Numbered from the stretch's first letter, positions 10,497-20,880 are shown. The stretch is 64,000 nucleotides of DNA from an uncultured Nitrososphaerota archaeon (GCA_963799845.1 CAWCYI010000004.1:2074643-2138642), one strand, 5' to 3'. Program-made: numbers and translations. Notes: generated by a model from the sequence alone, not told the origin.

Positions 10497-11102
10497 ATGA
10501 AAGACTCCACGATTCTGTCATTAGTTGGAGTGGCAGTCATCATGCTTGTCATAGGAACGGGTCTGGGTTCAGTCGCTTTCCCAACGACCAGAACTGAAAC
10601 TAGTACGGAAACAATCACCAGCCCGATAACTCTAATTTCGTCTGTAACACTAAACGAAATCCAGACAGTAACTCAAAATTTATCCAGCCAATCTCACACC
10701 GCTACCACCGTTACAAGTACAATGATGGCGGTTGGAACATGCACAGTTGCAACTGCATTTGAAGGGACTCGAAACCAAAGCTCGAGCAGCTACTATGTCC
10801 AAGTCAATTACGCTGGACAGTGGAACTCAGCGATCCAGGGCTTCTCTTCATTCAACGAAAGTCTTGATACTCTCACAGTGAATCAGTGCTTACCTAGTGG
10901 TGGAAACGTTACATTCGCCATTCAGAACTGGAATCCAGGCGGAGAATCATACCTATGCGCTTGGGCGGACAAATTCGACTCCAGCAACGGAACTCTGACG
11001 GTCTCGGTCAGCTATGGAGCTGCAACATATTCATACAGCACTAGTGAGCCTTATGGCAGCGTGACAACCTGTCTTGGCGTCACACCTACAATCTCCGCGT
11101 GA
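10497..11102 (+). CDS. secreted protein with conserved leader (family D)
   Basis: Leader shared with 6967; unrelated C-terminal domain. Confidence 0.8.
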   Translation: MKDSTILSLVGVAVIMLVIGTGLGSVAFPTTRTETSTETITSPITLISSVTLNEIQTVTQNLSSQSHTATTVTSTMMAVGTCTVATAFEGTRNQSSSSYYVQVNYAGQWNSAIQGFSSFNESLDTLTVNQCLPSGGNVTFAIQNWNPGGESYLCAWADKFDSSNGTLTVSVSYGAATYSYSTSEPYGSVTTCLGVTPTISA

Positions 11103-11268
11103 AAAATCTTCCAATTACGTGAAGTTAAAAACTGCCTTTCAATGTGTTCTGGGAATCGGTTCAACAACTTCGTCGGAATTCCTCCCCGATTACTTCCATC
11201 GGATCTCAATGTTTGGTTTTGATTTCTCGGTTAGGATACCGCCTTAACTCATATTCTGATGGTTAGAA

Positions 11269-11775
11269 CTAGGCGGAAGGCAGTTCCTCCGTTTGCGGGA
11301 GCATCTTGCTTTCCTTTCCCGAGTACAAGATTAGTAGAGTCAAACCTACAATGACGAGCGAGAGGCCATAGAATATATCCAACCAAACATCATTGAAATA
11401 AAAAATGGATGGACATCCATACATTACAGAACACGCGTAAATTGGTTGAAACCAGAGCAGCGCAATGGAGCCGAATATGCTAACTACGACACCCGAGATA
11501 ACAAGTGATTTCCCCGAAATTTTCTTGTTCCAAAGTGAGTGGTCGTCGTCCTCACGAGAATTACTCTTCGCGATGGGATAAGCTAGGAAAACAAAGACGC
11601 TCCCAAATAACAACCAGCAAAAGCTGAAGAATGATGTGCTGCAGGAAAAAAGATCGCCGTAACAGAACTCACCACTATTGAGAATGGGATATTGAATAGC
11701 TCCGATGAAAATTAGCGAAGATCCAGATACGAAAGCGAGAGCTGCCAAGAAATATACAAGAAAATTCGGATGCAA
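11269..11775 (-). CDS. four-TM protein (two TM-Cys loop-TM units)
   Basis: Hydrophobic pattern; loops FCYGDLFSC and YACSVMYGC. Confidence 0.65.
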   Translation of the reverse strand: MHPNFLVYFLAALAFVSGSSLIFIGAIQYPILNSGEFCYGDLFSCSTSFFSFCWLLFGSVFVFLAYPIAKSNSREDDDHSLWNKKISGKSLVISGVVVSIFGSIALLWFQPIYACSVMYGCPSIFYFNDVWLDIFYGLSLVIVGLTLLILYSGKESKMLPQTEELPSA

Positions 11776-12360
11776 ACTGGGGCTCTGGTGGAACTAGAAA
11801 AAGGAGCTATTTTAGAATGTTGAAGTCTGGAAATGGAATCAGACATTCAACCTGATTTAGCTACACATAACATGATCTCTTCTTGGCGTCATTACAGATC
11901 CGCAGGACGCTCCGATTGCCTATGAGAAAGTAGACATCGTTAGGCTTCCTGTATATTCAGACGTTCAAAATATTTCGAACTATGACTTGGGCTGCGGGTA
12001 CGAAGGAGCTGAATTCGTTCTATTACTGTATCGCTGCATAGGAGCTACGAGAGTTGTTGACTTGTAATATGTTGAGCGAAGTTTCACCATTTTCGGGATT
12101 AAATTTGGAAGCTAATGGGAATGCTGGCCTCTGTCGGTATAATTCTGAAAATACTGAGAGAGGCCAAAGTCTTTCCTAAAAATAACTCTCCAATCCAGAC
12201 CTACACGTCGCAGATAGGTGAGAACGCGACGGCCAGCAAACGAAAGATCATCGCACTTCCGTTCGACACGTGGAATGATCGCGAATATCCTTGAGATTGC
12301 GGGCCGCGCCCTGGACGAGATTAAACGAAGAAGCTCGGCGGAAAGGGAAAAAAACTTGCG

Positions 12361-12936
12361 CTAAATTGCTATGAGACTTCCAGAGACGGATTGACCATTC
12401 GCAAAATTTGCGACGTAGTTGTAAACTTCTCCTGATATGATGGACTGCGTTGATCCTGATAGATTCGCGGGGTAGAAGGTAACTGCTGTCACATTTGCTG
12501 CGGATAGAAGATTGTTGGTGGGGCGACCCGAGCTGAAGTCTATCAAGTTTCTGTACGACGAAGGATTCGAGCTATTGTCCCAGGCCGTTATAGATGATGA
12601 AAGAGACGAGCCTGTTAGAGTCAGGGAATTTACGTACGTATTTTCCGTGCATGAAGGGTTATTGAATGCTATTTCGAATCGGGACGTCGAAGACGAAGAA
12701 TTTGTGGCAATATGGCCAGCATACAGATACGCTGACGAGAGAGTGACCGTCTTTACGTTGGACCCGAAAGAACAAAAAGTGTAAGGGAATCCACACGGAA
12801 ATTGATAGGTCATGTAAGACTGGTATTCTGTGTGACAATAGGCATCTGTGTAAGGAATGATCGGGACGTTCACAATGATTACGACCAAAATGAATGTTAG
12901 AATAAGTGACAGACCAATTTTACTTTTCTTGCGCAT
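12361..12936 (-). CDS. family C surface protein (intact)
   Basis: TM + NVPII..C..YQSY module + LYAG..NNP..NGQSVSGSLIA domain. Confidence 0.8.
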   Translation of the reverse strand: MRKKSKIGLSLILTFILVVIIVNVPIIPYTDAYCHTEYQSYMTYQFPCGFPYTFCSFGSNVKTVTLSSAYLYAGHIATNSSSSTSRFEIAFNNPSCTENTYVNSLTLTGSSLSSSITAWDNSSNPSSYRNLIDFSSGRPTNNLLSAANVTAVTFYPANLSGSTQSIISGEVYNYVANFANGQSVSGSLIAI

Positions 12937-13156
12937 TTCACTTGTAAGATCTCAGAACCCAACTTTTCGAGTTTTAGGATTCGATGTACGGATCAGTCAC
13001 ACCATCAAAAGCGATCGCAACTCAGTGATCTGTAAATCGGACTCGACAAGTTGCGAATACTAGATCCAAATTTCGCCGTTCCTGAATAAGAGACTGGCAC
13101 GTTCGTCCCCGATGACCCAAGATCAATTGTTAGGAGCACCTCTGGCCTTGGAAAGG

Positions 13157-13191
13157 GGAAAGCCCATAGGCTTCAGCCAAGGGTAATTTAC
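13157..13191 (+). mobile_element. IS200/IS605-family right-end remnant
   Basis: AAGCCCATAGGCTTCAGCCAAGGGTAATTTAC resembles the GAAGCCC..GGCTT.AGCC..GGG...TCAC hairpin end; no tnpA/tnpB nearby. Confidence 0.55.
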
Positions 13192-13226
13192 GTTTTAGTA
13201 CTAGTTCCACGTATTATAGGGGTTCA

Positions 13227-13652
13227 ATGCCGCAGCCCCGACACCACTACACCGAGCGCGGTCCCGAGAGCGATGATTCGGGGATGATGCTACGAGGCTC
13301 TTATCCCAGAAGGAATGGTGCGGCTTTGGAGAGGGCCAAGCCAAGAATCAACGCCTTCACCGATCAGCAGAGGCAAAGGCATCTTCTCGACCCTGACGAG
13401 CTGAACGAGATGGACGAGATCCAGCCAGCCAGATATTCTCAGTTCAGCACCGACAACGATTTCATTTGGGTTAGAGAGACACCGCACTACTTTGTCTACT
13501 CGGAACGCTGGATCGAGAACCGCTTGCTGGACGACCGAATCATCCAGGTCGCGATGCCGCTGCGTATGAAAGTCATAGGCGAGGCTCTGGGCCTAGCCCT
13601 TCAAGACTTTCACTATGAGAACGGGATCATGTGGGCGATTTTCAAGAAATGA
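13227..13652 (+). CDS. hypothetical protein with HY-type leader
   Basis: MPQPRHHYTER; clean 141-aa ORF. Confidence 0.7.
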   Translation: MPQPRHHYTERGPESDDSGMMLRGSYPRRNGAALERAKPRINAFTDQQRQRHLLDPDELNEMDEIQPARYSQFSTDNDFIWVRETPHYFVYSERWIENRLLDDRIIQVAMPLRMKVIGEALGLALQDFHYENGIMWAIFKK

Positions 13653-13653
13653 T

Positions 13654-14238
13654 CTAAACTAGGTGGACTGAGAGACTGATGAGAACAATTCCCGCGAGGA
13701 CCGCCAGCGCGTTGACGACCTGATTATCGTACTTGTATTGCGCCCAATGGTAGCGGGCATTGTGCAGCCCTGATTTTCCTCGAATAGTCCTCACGATGTA
13801 GATACCGCCTTCTGTCAGTATGTCCAAGAAAAGGTGGGAATAAGCGAGGCAGATTCCGAAAAGGATACTGAAATAGACCAGGTGGTTCTCTGGGGAGAAA
13901 AACGTGATTATGTACGTCGCGATCACGGCGAAGCCGATGCCCCAAAGCGGCGCAGTGTAGATCGAGTGGGTCCGAGCCATGCGAATAGGGATCGCCCCTT
14001 TGTACGGCGGCCTGTGTCCAACGAGATCTATGACCTGATTTATCGCCCAGGCGAGAAAACCAGCCCATAGGACGAGCCCCTCAATAGAATTGCCGTCGAT
14101 TGTGTACTCCCATTTGAGCTGCGTGAAGGAAAGATAGTGGGCGAGGATCGGACTGAGGTAAGGAATTCCGTAAGGGAAATGCGAGACTAGAAAGAACGCA
14201 ACTCCCAGAGTGAAAACTGTGTGCGGTGCTAGGTTCAT
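13654..14238 (-). CDS. DUF1286/YdjM-like membrane metal-dependent hydrolase
   Basis: His motifs HTVF, IDLVGH, RTHS, SHLFLDILTEGG, with TM segments. Confidence 0.7.
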   Translation of the reverse strand: MNLAPHTVFTLGVAFFLVSHFPYGIPYLSPILAHYLSFTQLKWEYTIDGNSIEGLVLWAGFLAWAINQVIDLVGHRPPYKGAIPIRMARTHSIYTAPLWGIGFAVIATYIITFFSPENHLVYFSILFGICLAYSHLFLDILTEGGIYIVRTIRGKSGLHNARYHWAQYKYDNQVVNALAVLAGIVLISLSVHLV

Positions 14239-14260
14239 CTTGCAAGACAAAGCAAGAGAT

Positions 14261-15887
14261 TTACTTTCTGACCCGGTACGCCGTAATCGACATGGAAACT
14301 ACGATGAAAATTATCACGAGGGCCCAGAGCCAGAGGGGAACGCCAAAAAACTCTAGGATGGATCCCGAATCGATTCTGACCGTGAAAGGACTCTGCACGT
14401 AAGCGTACGTCTGTCCGTTGAATTTCAGGAATTCCGCAGTTCCCTGAATTACGTAGCTTCCCGTCTTTAATCCAGGAATGTTGATCGTGAAACTGGAAGG
14501 CAGATCCGCTTTGCTGTTGGCTGCAATGTTCAGAGGAAAATCGCTCGGCGGGATCGAAAGAGACGTGCCAGAAGGGGCAGCACTCAAACTAACAGAAAGG
14601 AGCTGCGCCTGGTTTCCTGAACCCGTGTTATCTGCAATGAGATTGAAACTTTCGGAAAAGTTTGTACTGGGCGGTACGTTGAGAACCGCGTCATCGATAA
14701 AGGGATACTGCCTCGTGAAAGTCGTAGTGGTGTTAGTCGTCTCGGTAGCAAACGAATTTGTCGCGGTTATGGTTCCGCTGGAAAGAAAATTGCTCGATGA
14801 GTAGTACGTGGTGTAGTCGGTTGGATATGACACGACGCAGCAATCGCCAGCGGCAGAGGTCGAGCTTGAGCCGTACACGGCGTAGAACATGATTCCAGCA
14901 TTGCAACTATCGGTTCCATAATGCAGCGATTTATCGCAGAGGCCCGCCAAAGATGGATCTGGGGATGCAGTACCATTTCCATAGGTACCTGTGAACAATC
15001 CACCCGTCGATCCGCCTGCATAGTCGGTGTCGTACTGGTCAGCCATGAAGCAATACTGATTTCCTTCGTGATCGCCCACCCAGTTACAAGTGATGGCGTT
15101 TCCCATGCCATTTCCCGCCGAGGCTGCTTGTGAAAGCGTGAATGGATTACCAACGCCGATGGTCATTCCAACGGCACTGGGACACGTAGCCGTGTAAGGC
15201 TCGCAAGCGTTGTTGTCGAATAGCGGACCGAAATTAATTCCGAAAGAAACGTCCCACATGAAGCTATTCAGCTGGCAGTGTAACGTTGGATCCTTCTGCG
15301 GTGTAGCCATTTGAGACAAAATTAGAATAGGAGAAAACGGTTTCATTGCACGGCTGCAAAGCGCAACCCGTGAATCCGCTGAAAACATCTCCCATCAATT
15401 CGCCCGCGACCAGCGCGTCATTAGGCGAACAGTAGAGATAGGGATTGGTACTTACAAAAGTGATTACATCAGTTCCAGAGGCATTGGGAACAAAGGCATA
15501 CTCGTTATTCTGGATCAGACCACACTCAGTACCAACGTTAGTGCTGCCTAAAACCTCGGCATTGCCACAAAAGTAGCCGCCGCACCAGCCAAGCTGGTTC
15601 GGTCCGCCAGAAATCCAATTTCCGTCAGAGTCGGAGAGATTCCAGGGGTTAAAGTGCTGGTATCCACCGACCGCGATCAAAAGAAGATCGCCTGCCTTAA
15701 CAGAACAGTCCATCGTCGTCGAGACTGTTGGAACGTTGTCGGAAACATTCGCTTCGATTGCATAGCAGTTGCTTGCAAAGGTCAGCCCAGAGAACGCACT
15801 TGTAGAATGAAGTACGGGTCTGCCGACAGCGGGCAACGCGCTGATCGCAGCCAGCACAAAGATTAGACCAATAAGCATTGGTTTCAT
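14261..15887 (-). CDS. large Cys-rich surface protein with C-terminal TM anchor; frameshift ~15300-15390
   Basis: ORF 15264..15887 has the signal peptide; overlapping ORF 14261..15388 has the C-terminal anchor; GDLLLIAVG domain shared with 43644. Confidence 0.7.
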
Positions 15888-15910
15888 AAAAGGAAAAGCG
15901 AATTTCAGAT

Positions 15911-16186
15911 CTAGTGCTTGCGATTTACTGGCGGGCGCGTCCTCGTTGCCAGATAGAATTTCGTCGTCTTGGGTTTTGGTTTTGTGGCTTTCTTTGGAGC
16001 TGATCTGGGAAGGACTTTACCTAACTGTTTTTCAGCGTTCTTAGCTCCCGTGTCCAAAGTCTTGAGGGCGTTTTCCGCACCCTTCTGGATCGCCTTTCCA
16101 GCTGTACTACCAACGGCCTTCCCGCTGCTGGCCGCCGCCTCTGCAACTACTTCCGCACCGCGCACTATTGCCGACATTAGCTTCAC
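15911..16186 (-). CDS. small Ala/Lys-rich basic protein
   Basis: Composition; co-oriented operon context. Confidence 0.6.
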   Translation of the reverse strand: MKLMSAIVRGAEVVAEAAASSGKAVGSTAGKAIQKGAENALKTLDTGAKNAEKQLGKVLPRSAPKKATKPKPKTTKFYLATRTRPPVNRKH

Positions 16187-16197
16187 TGATCAAAAGT

Positions 16198-16605
16198 TTA
16201 TTTCAGAATGTCCTTTGCGTACATCCATCCAGCCAGGACTACGAAAAACACGAAAAGTATTCCAGTTACCCACAACTGTGGAGAGGCTAGGTCGCCCTGA
16301 CCATTCAGCTCGTATGTGTCGAAGGCAAACTCGATCAGGAGATTGAACACTACCCAACCAAAGAACGCTTTCAGAAAGTACATCCGACCCTTTCCAATCG
16401 TCAGATAGAGTAGCCCGATGCCTAACGCACCCAAAAGTGCAGACAACAAGAGAAAGCTGATCTCAATCATTAGACCAACCCAGCTCCCAGGAACGCGCAG
16501 CGCGAGATAGCCCGTTGGCGCGAAAAAGAGGACCAGCAGCGCGGTAATGAAAACGAGGCCGCCAGCGATCCGGTACACTGTCTTGTTTGCGACCTTTCGA
16601 GGCAC
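16198..16605 (-). CDS. four-TM membrane protein
   Basis: Hydrophobicity; TATA-like TTTATCTA and TTTTTC upstream. Confidence 0.7.
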   Translation of the reverse strand: MPRKVANKTVYRIAGGLVFITALLVLFFAPTGYLALRVPGSWVGLMIEISFLLLSALLGALGIGLLYLTIGKGRMYFLKAFFGWVVFNLLIEFAFDTYELNGQGDLASPQLWVTGILFVFFVVLAGWMYAKDILK

Positions 16606-16738
16606 GTAAGAAAAACCAAATTTTTCCAGCGAGTAGATAAATTCCTATGAAAACCGACCAGATCAGCTCGTCGTAAAATAGAATTTCCTGAACTGCGGAC
16701 GTGCAGGCCGCCTAAGTGGATATTGGTGTCGTGCCAAT

Positions 16739-17779
16739 TTACTTTCTCATCATTTCCCGTCCAGCTTCCCTAGCCTGAAAACGAGCAAGATTGTCCACAG
16801 CCTTTCTAATATCATAGTCGCCCTGTAACTCTGCGTCGCGGGTCATCTTCAAGAGATCTTCATCGGAAGCTTTGATCTTTTCGGCCTGCGCGATTTCTTT
16901 CAGTCTGGTCGCCATGTCCTTCTCCGTGGGCGATTTGAATTCAAACATACGCATACGGCTCTGTACACCACGGAGAGAAAGGTCGTTGGGATCCAGCCAC
17001 TCGCTAGGCGGCTCGTTGGACGTGAAAATCGTGATAGTATTGTTTCCGTGCTTTTCGAGATCCTGACGGAACCGCAGGATAGATTCTCTGCTCGATCTGT
17101 CAGCTTCGTCCACCACCAAGACACGCTTCACGTTCTCTGACGGCGGAAGATAGCTCATAAAATTGTCCACAATGCCGCCTCGGTCCATATCCTCGACCTT
17201 CATTGGGCGATCCAGAAACAATACTGGATCGAAAACACCCTGAACCTGTTTGCCTTCTTTGTCGAACACGCCGTTGGCGATCATATAGTCCCGCGAGAAG
17301 GCTTTCGCCTCGGAAGTTTTCCCAACGCCTGGCGGACCGAAGAATATCATCGCGTAAGGGATTTCTCCGAGGGTGATCGCCCCAATTAATTCTTCCGCGA
17401 TTTCTCTGTTACCGACCGAATCCGAGACGTGGAAGGGCCGGTACTTTTCCGCGAGAGGTGCGCGATCTCCGACACCAGGATAGGTCGTTGCAGCTCGGGG
17501 GGCTTCAATCTTGTTCAGTACTGTCTCACGTTCTGCAACTGTAACTTTGGAAATCCGCTTGACCCGTCGAGGCGGTGGGGCCTCGAATTTCTTCTGGGTA
17601 AATTTCTGCTTGGTCTTGCGAGGCTGTGATTTCCTTTTCTCGACAACTTTTTCCACCACTTTCTCTCGGGGTTTAGGAAGCTCCCGTTTGGGCGGAGCTG
17701 GCGTCGCTTTCTGCTGTGGTTTTGGTCTGGCTTTTCCGCGCGCAGATCCACCCGAGGCAAGAAAGTAGTGGTGCGCCAT
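16739..17779 (-). CDS. RFC (clamp-loader) small-subunit-like AAA+ ATPase with basic N-terminal extension
   Basis: EKYRP, Walker A GPPGVGKT, Walker B VVDEAD, QSR, DIRKA; start reassigned to ATG 17779 (MAHHYF) because the longer ORF overlaps the ligase. Confidence 0.85.
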   Translation of the reverse strand: MAHHYFLASGGSARGKARPKPQQKATPAPPKRELPKPREKVVEKVVEKRKSQPRKTKQKFTQKKFEAPPPRRVKRISKVTVAERETVLNKIEAPRAATTYPGVGDRAPLAEKYRPFHVSDSVGNREIAEELIGAITLGEIPYAMIFFGPPGVGKTSEAKAFSRDYMIANGVFDKEGKQVQGVFDPVLFLDRPMKVEDMDRGGIVDNFMSYLPPSENVKRVLVVDEADRSSRESILRFRQDLEKHGNNTITIFTSNEPPSEWLDPNDLSLRGVQSRMRMFEFKSPTEKDMATRLKEIAQAEKIKASDEDLLKMTRDAELQGDYDIRKAVDNLARFQAREAGREMMRK

Positions 17780-17815
17780 TGAGAGAAAAACTGCTTTTTC
17801 AGTTGCAGTTCCCTC

Positions 17816-19168
17816 TTGGCTAAGAAACCGACCGTTGCTCATCACAATCCAAATCGGCAGCCTGCCTCGGGGAGAAACTATGGCCCTATGCCAAAGAAAT
17901 TCGGATCGGAGAGGACAGACAAAAGACCCGAGCCACCTGTAACTGAAATGGACCTCTATAAGTCCAGCATACCACATGAAGAACCGCAGACCGCAAAAGG
18001 CTACGCGAGGGTTTCGATCAGCAAGCCATCTTCGGAAGCCACTGGGCCCAAGATACTCACACAAGAACAGGTGCAGCACAAGAAAATCGACGGCCACATT
18101 GACAATCGTACCGTGATCGCCAATTATGCGAGGACTACCGAGTTCCGACCCGAGTTTTTCAAGAAGTATCAGGGAGAGGGCGAATTCTTTGTCGAGATCA
18201 AGAAGGACGGCGAGAGGAATTTCCTGCAAGTGGACGATGAAATTGTCCTAGCAAACAAGCACAAGTCCGTCTACATTACGCCTGACTCGAAATTAACAGG
18301 AAACGATTTCCCGCCAAACACTGATGTTTTTAGATCTATACCGCTGGAACTGGCTAAACAAATTAGGGCGGCAATAGGCAAACACAAAGTCATTCTCGAT
18401 ATAGAATACGTAACCTCTGAGGACGATGTGTATGACTTCCTTTCCGAAAGAGTGAACCCCAACTCGGAAAGGATGCAGGTTTCTGCCTTCGATATTATCT
18501 CCATTGACGGGAAGGACGTGCGAAATCTCAGCTACTCGGAACGCAGCAAGTTGCTGGAAAAGACCCTGAAAGACACGGAGAGGGTTCAGGTCGATAAGAA
18601 GATCATTGCACACTCGGCAGAGGAAGCGATGGCCGCTGGTGATCGGATGATCGATTTAGGCTACGAGGGCGCGGTAATCAAGCCTGGTTCCCACATCTAC
18701 GACAATTCCGAGTGGATGTTAAAGTGGAAGGCGATCAGGGAAATTGATAGCCCGGTACTCGCGATTGAAAAGACTAAGGAATGGGTGAACAATGAGATTC
18801 CCAAGTCCTTCATGTTAGGGCTGTATGATAAGGACGCGCAGGGCTTCAAGCTCATCGGCCAGGCTGGCACGGGCCTCTCTGACAAGCGACGGAAGGAATT
18901 GGTCAGCGAGATCAAAGCGAATACCATCCCGCCAGATGAAGCTCGAAAGATCTATGGACCGTCCTATGACCCCAATTTCATCTACGTCTATCCAACGATT
19001 GTTTTCAAGATCCGGTACACGAAATTAACTCCTGGACGGATCGACAACAAGACGGGAAACCGCAGACCGCCGAAACTTAGGGAACCTCGTATCGAAGATA
19101 TTCGCGCTGATAAATCGCCAGAGGAATGTAGCTACTCGCAGATCGATGTGAAGAAAGCGAAACTCTGA
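17816..19168 (+). CDS. lig: ATP-dependent DNA ligase
   Basis: Motif I EIKKDGER, III ILDIE, IIIa AFDII, IV EGAVIK, V LKWK, VI LREPR...RADK. Confidence 0.93.
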   Translation: MAKKPTVAHHNPNRQPASGRNYGPMPKKFGSERTDKRPEPPVTEMDLYKSSIPHEEPQTAKGYARVSISKPSSEATGPKILTQEQVQHKKIDGHIDNRTVIANYARTTEFRPEFFKKYQGEGEFFVEIKKDGERNFLQVDDEIVLANKHKSVYITPDSKLTGNDFPPNTDVFRSIPLELAKQIRAAIGKHKVILDIEYVTSEDDVYDFLSERVNPNSERMQVSAFDIISIDGKDVRNLSYSERSKLLEKTLKDTERVQVDKKIIAHSAEEAMAAGDRMIDLGYEGAVIKPGSHIYDNSEWMLKWKAIREIDSPVLAIEKTKEWVNNEIPKSFMLGLYDKDAQGFKLIGQAGTGLSDKRRKELVSEIKANTIPPDEARKIYGPSYDPNFIYVYPTIVFKIRYTKLTPGRIDNKTGNRRPPKLREPRIEDIRADKSPEECSYSQIDVKKAKL

Positions 19169-19212
19169 TGCCTAATCCCAATCCGCGTAAGAAAAGCTAG
19201 TTTTTCTGATAG

Positions 19213-19644
19213 TTGCCGTCTCACCATTTCCCGAGCCGTCATCCTCGCTTTCTGCCAAAATCTGAGCAGTACGTCTTGGTCAAGAAAGGCGAACAGGAGA
19301 GAAAGGTTCGCGCCTTTTCCCCAGGACACGGCCACGAATGGGAGAAGCGCGAGATCAGTCGGCAACGCGCCCTGAGAGGAAACAAGTGTGAAGTACCGGG
19401 ATGCAACAGCAGACGGAACCTAGACTTTTCCCACATCAAACACACTCCGATCCTCGACAAACCGTGGGTCAAAGAGAACAGGTTCAATCCCTCTGCCAAT
19501 CGTGGAATGAAAAATCGAGTGCTGGACATTCGCAAATATCCTGACCGCTACAAGTTGATGGACAGGTCGCACAACAGACTTTTCGACAACTGGCGAAAGC
19601 AGAACCCTGGAAAGACGTGGGATGACTGGATCAAGACGCTCTAG
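19213..19644 (+). CDS. HNH-like (Zn-binding) endonuclease with HFP leader
   Basis: GNKCEVPGC..LDFSH...LMDRSHN; N-terminus MPSHHFPSR. Confidence 0.6.
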   Translation: MPSHHFPSRHPRFLPKSEQYVLVKKGEQERKVRAFSPGHGHEWEKREISRQRALRGNKCEVPGCNSRRNLDFSHIKHTPILDKPWVKENRFNPSANRGMKNRVLDIRKYPDRYKLMDRSHNRLFDNWRKQNPGKTWDDWIKTL

Positions 19645-19679
19645 GCCGTCCTACAAAATTTTCTTTTTCCTTTGGACTC

Positions 19680-20198
19680 TTGAGCTATCGCCACTATCCG
19701 AACCGTCAGCCGAGGCAAAAGATCACTAGGGAACATACTCATCCCGCGATCTACGTTCAGGACAAATGTTGCGACGGCTGCGGACGCTCTTTCAAAGGTA
19801 TGACTCTAGGCGAGGTCAGAGAACACAAAGGCCAGCACCGCGCCCGCCAGTCGCTCGGTGGGAGAGAGCCTGATGTGATACAAATTCACAACGAGGTTAC
19901 AGGTTTCCACAACGGCCAGATGGACGGCCATTACAGGGTCGCCGTGAACGGGATCGTCAGGGGCTACCTGGACTATTCGGAATATCCTCATCCCAACGGG
20001 GATCCTTACATAAACATGATCGAGGTTACGCCGCGCTTTCAGCATCAGGGTCTTGCTAGGAAAATGGTGGAAGAGCTGGCGAAGGAATTCGGCGGGTACC
20101 AGAAGATTCGTTGGGGCATGTTGACCGATGACGGCCTGAAATTCAAAGAACAGTTGGACAGAGAGTTCGAGGCGAAGTCTCAAAGATATGAGAGTTAG
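19680..20198 (+). CDS. GNAT acetyltransferase with Zn-finger and HYP leader
   Basis: IEVTPRFQHQGLA (acetyl-CoA motif A), LTDDG, CDGC. Confidence 0.75.
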   Translation: MSYRHYPNRQPRQKITREHTHPAIYVQDKCCDGCGRSFKGMTLGEVREHKGQHRARQSLGGREPDVIQIHNEVTGFHNGQMDGHYRVAVNGIVRGYLDYSEYPHPNGDPYINMIEVTPRFQHQGLARKMVEELAKEFGGYQKIRWGMLTDDGLKFKEQLDREFEAKSQRYES

Positions 20199-20281
20199 AA
20201 TGGCCGCCCTAGTGATCATCGCGGCGATTGCGGTCCTCGCCGCGTTCAGCATGATTTCAGATCCTTACACGGATTTCCACT

Positions 20282-20869
20282 TTGCGCTCATGTGCTTGCT
20301 CGGAAGTTAAATACGAAAGCGCAATTCGGTCAGACGTGCCTAGCAAGAATCAGCTGATCTTTCTTGGAGTCCTGATCCTTCTACTCTCGCTAATTTCAGT
20401 ATCAATTTACATCGGCAGCAGCAACAGCACGTCTCAGGATACCGCGATAATCGTCAGAACTAGCACAACATCGACGAATTCTCTCGGTTACAACATCGTG
20501 GCCGGATGGGCCCAGGTCGGAACTGAAAACATCAACGTCATCCCTGCTTTCGGCGTGGGAAGAACCAATCTAAGCTCCGTACTGATCGTATTCTTTTTCG
20601 GGCCAAACGTGATGGACACGAATCCGAGTGGAGTTTCCCAAGCTCTCTATCAATGCAACCCATCAGGGAGCTGCGACCAAATTCCGCTGACAGTTTCCCA
20701 GTACAACTCAACGTCCTATCAGCTTCTCACTGCAACACCCGTGAACGTGAACGACACTCTGCTCGTCTATCGCCTCTCCATCTTCGGCTACGGTCAGATC
20801 TCGCCCGCAGCAAGTTACACTGTTGGAATGATCAGCTGGAACGCCACCAATACGGGCAGCCAAGTTTAG
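20282..20869 (+). CDS. membrane-anchored secreted protein
   Basis: N-terminal TM; related to the next ORF (YQC/FQC...V..YN.T). Confidence 0.7.
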   Translation: MRSCACSEVKYESAIRSDVPSKNQLIFLGVLILLLSLISVSIYIGSSNSTSQDTAIIVRTSTTSTNSLGYNIVAGWAQVGTENINVIPAFGVGRTNLSSVLIVFFFGPNVMDTNPSGVSQALYQCNPSGSCDQIPLTVSQYNSTSYQLLTATPVNVNDTLLVYRLSIFGYGQISPAASYTVGMISWNATNTGSQV

Positions 20870-20880
20870 CTTTTACTTGT

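Noticed and set aside
1-13100. Diversity-generating retroelement behind the surface-protein variation
   Set aside because: No reverse transcriptase and no TR/VR pair differing only at adenines.
17780-18229. N-terminal 150 aa of the 496-aa ORF 16739..18229
   Set aside because: Antisense to the ligase; the ATG at 17779 gives a non-overlapping gene with the shared leader.
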